From positions 1 to 33,083 of the forward strand of contig CAYHAT010000001.1 in the NCBI GenBank assembly GCA_964354675.1: a DNA stretch of 33,083 nt, given 5' to 3'. Below are positions 33,082 through 33,083 of the stretch, piece by piece. Under the pieces are notes generated by a model, which did no database searches, was not told the DNA's origin, and saw only the letters and a list, made by a program, of their open reading frames with translations. The stretch comes from an uncultured Actinomycetota bacterium (GTDB lineage Bacteria; Actinomycetota; Geothermincolia; Geothermincolales; RBG-13-55-18). The position numbers were made by a program, and so were the translations under genes. Positions within the stretch are counted from its first letter, which is position 1, and each line of letters starts with the position of its first letter.

Positions 33082-33083
33082 GA

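Overview
GC-rich window, probably from a Gram-positive-type anaerobe: it has an LPXTG-anchored surface protein and the COG1900 route to homocysteine. I recognised no rRNA, tRNA, CRISPR array, transposase or integrase. Layout: (1) positions 1-16979 are a Wzx/Wzy-type polysaccharide locus in two divergent operons. It holds an initiating phosphoglycosyltransferase (5' end cut by the window), one GT2, three GT4, three SAM methyltransferases, two hexapeptide acyltransferases, a Wzz/BY-kinase-like fusion, a Wzx flippase, an alpha/beta hydrolase and a Wzy/O-antigen-ligase-like protein. (2) 16980-21703 holds one gene for a roughly 1200-aa LPXTG adhesin built from about ten SdrD-B/Cna-B-like domains, set in unusually rich non-coding DNA. 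(3) 21704-24781: rmlC-like epimerase, rmlD and a geranylgeranyl-reductase-family flavoprotein. (4) 25044-29052, minus strand: COG1900 homocysteine-synthesis protein, NIL/4Fe-4S ferredoxin, FHA protein and Hanks Ser/Thr kinase. (5) 29789-32968: universal stress protein, a Cys-rich membrane protein, an HSL-type esterase and an unassigned 284-aa protein. The most interesting signals are non-coding. First, a promoter, structured RNA and intrinsic terminator module sits upstream of the adhesin (candidate riboswitch or sRNA). Second, a family of nested long hairpins brackets the adhesin gene, and their stem differences are compensated between copies. Third, a three-block intergenic module recurs about 80-90 nt upstream of two minus-strand genes. 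Fourth, a roughly 500-nt ORF-free leader precedes the homocysteine operon. On the protein side, the BY-kinase-like domain has lost Walker A and B, the flippase carries a roughly 105-aa loop insertion, and the adhesin contains a near-perfect 333-bp tandem duplication. All functional calls come from reading motifs by eye; no database search was run.
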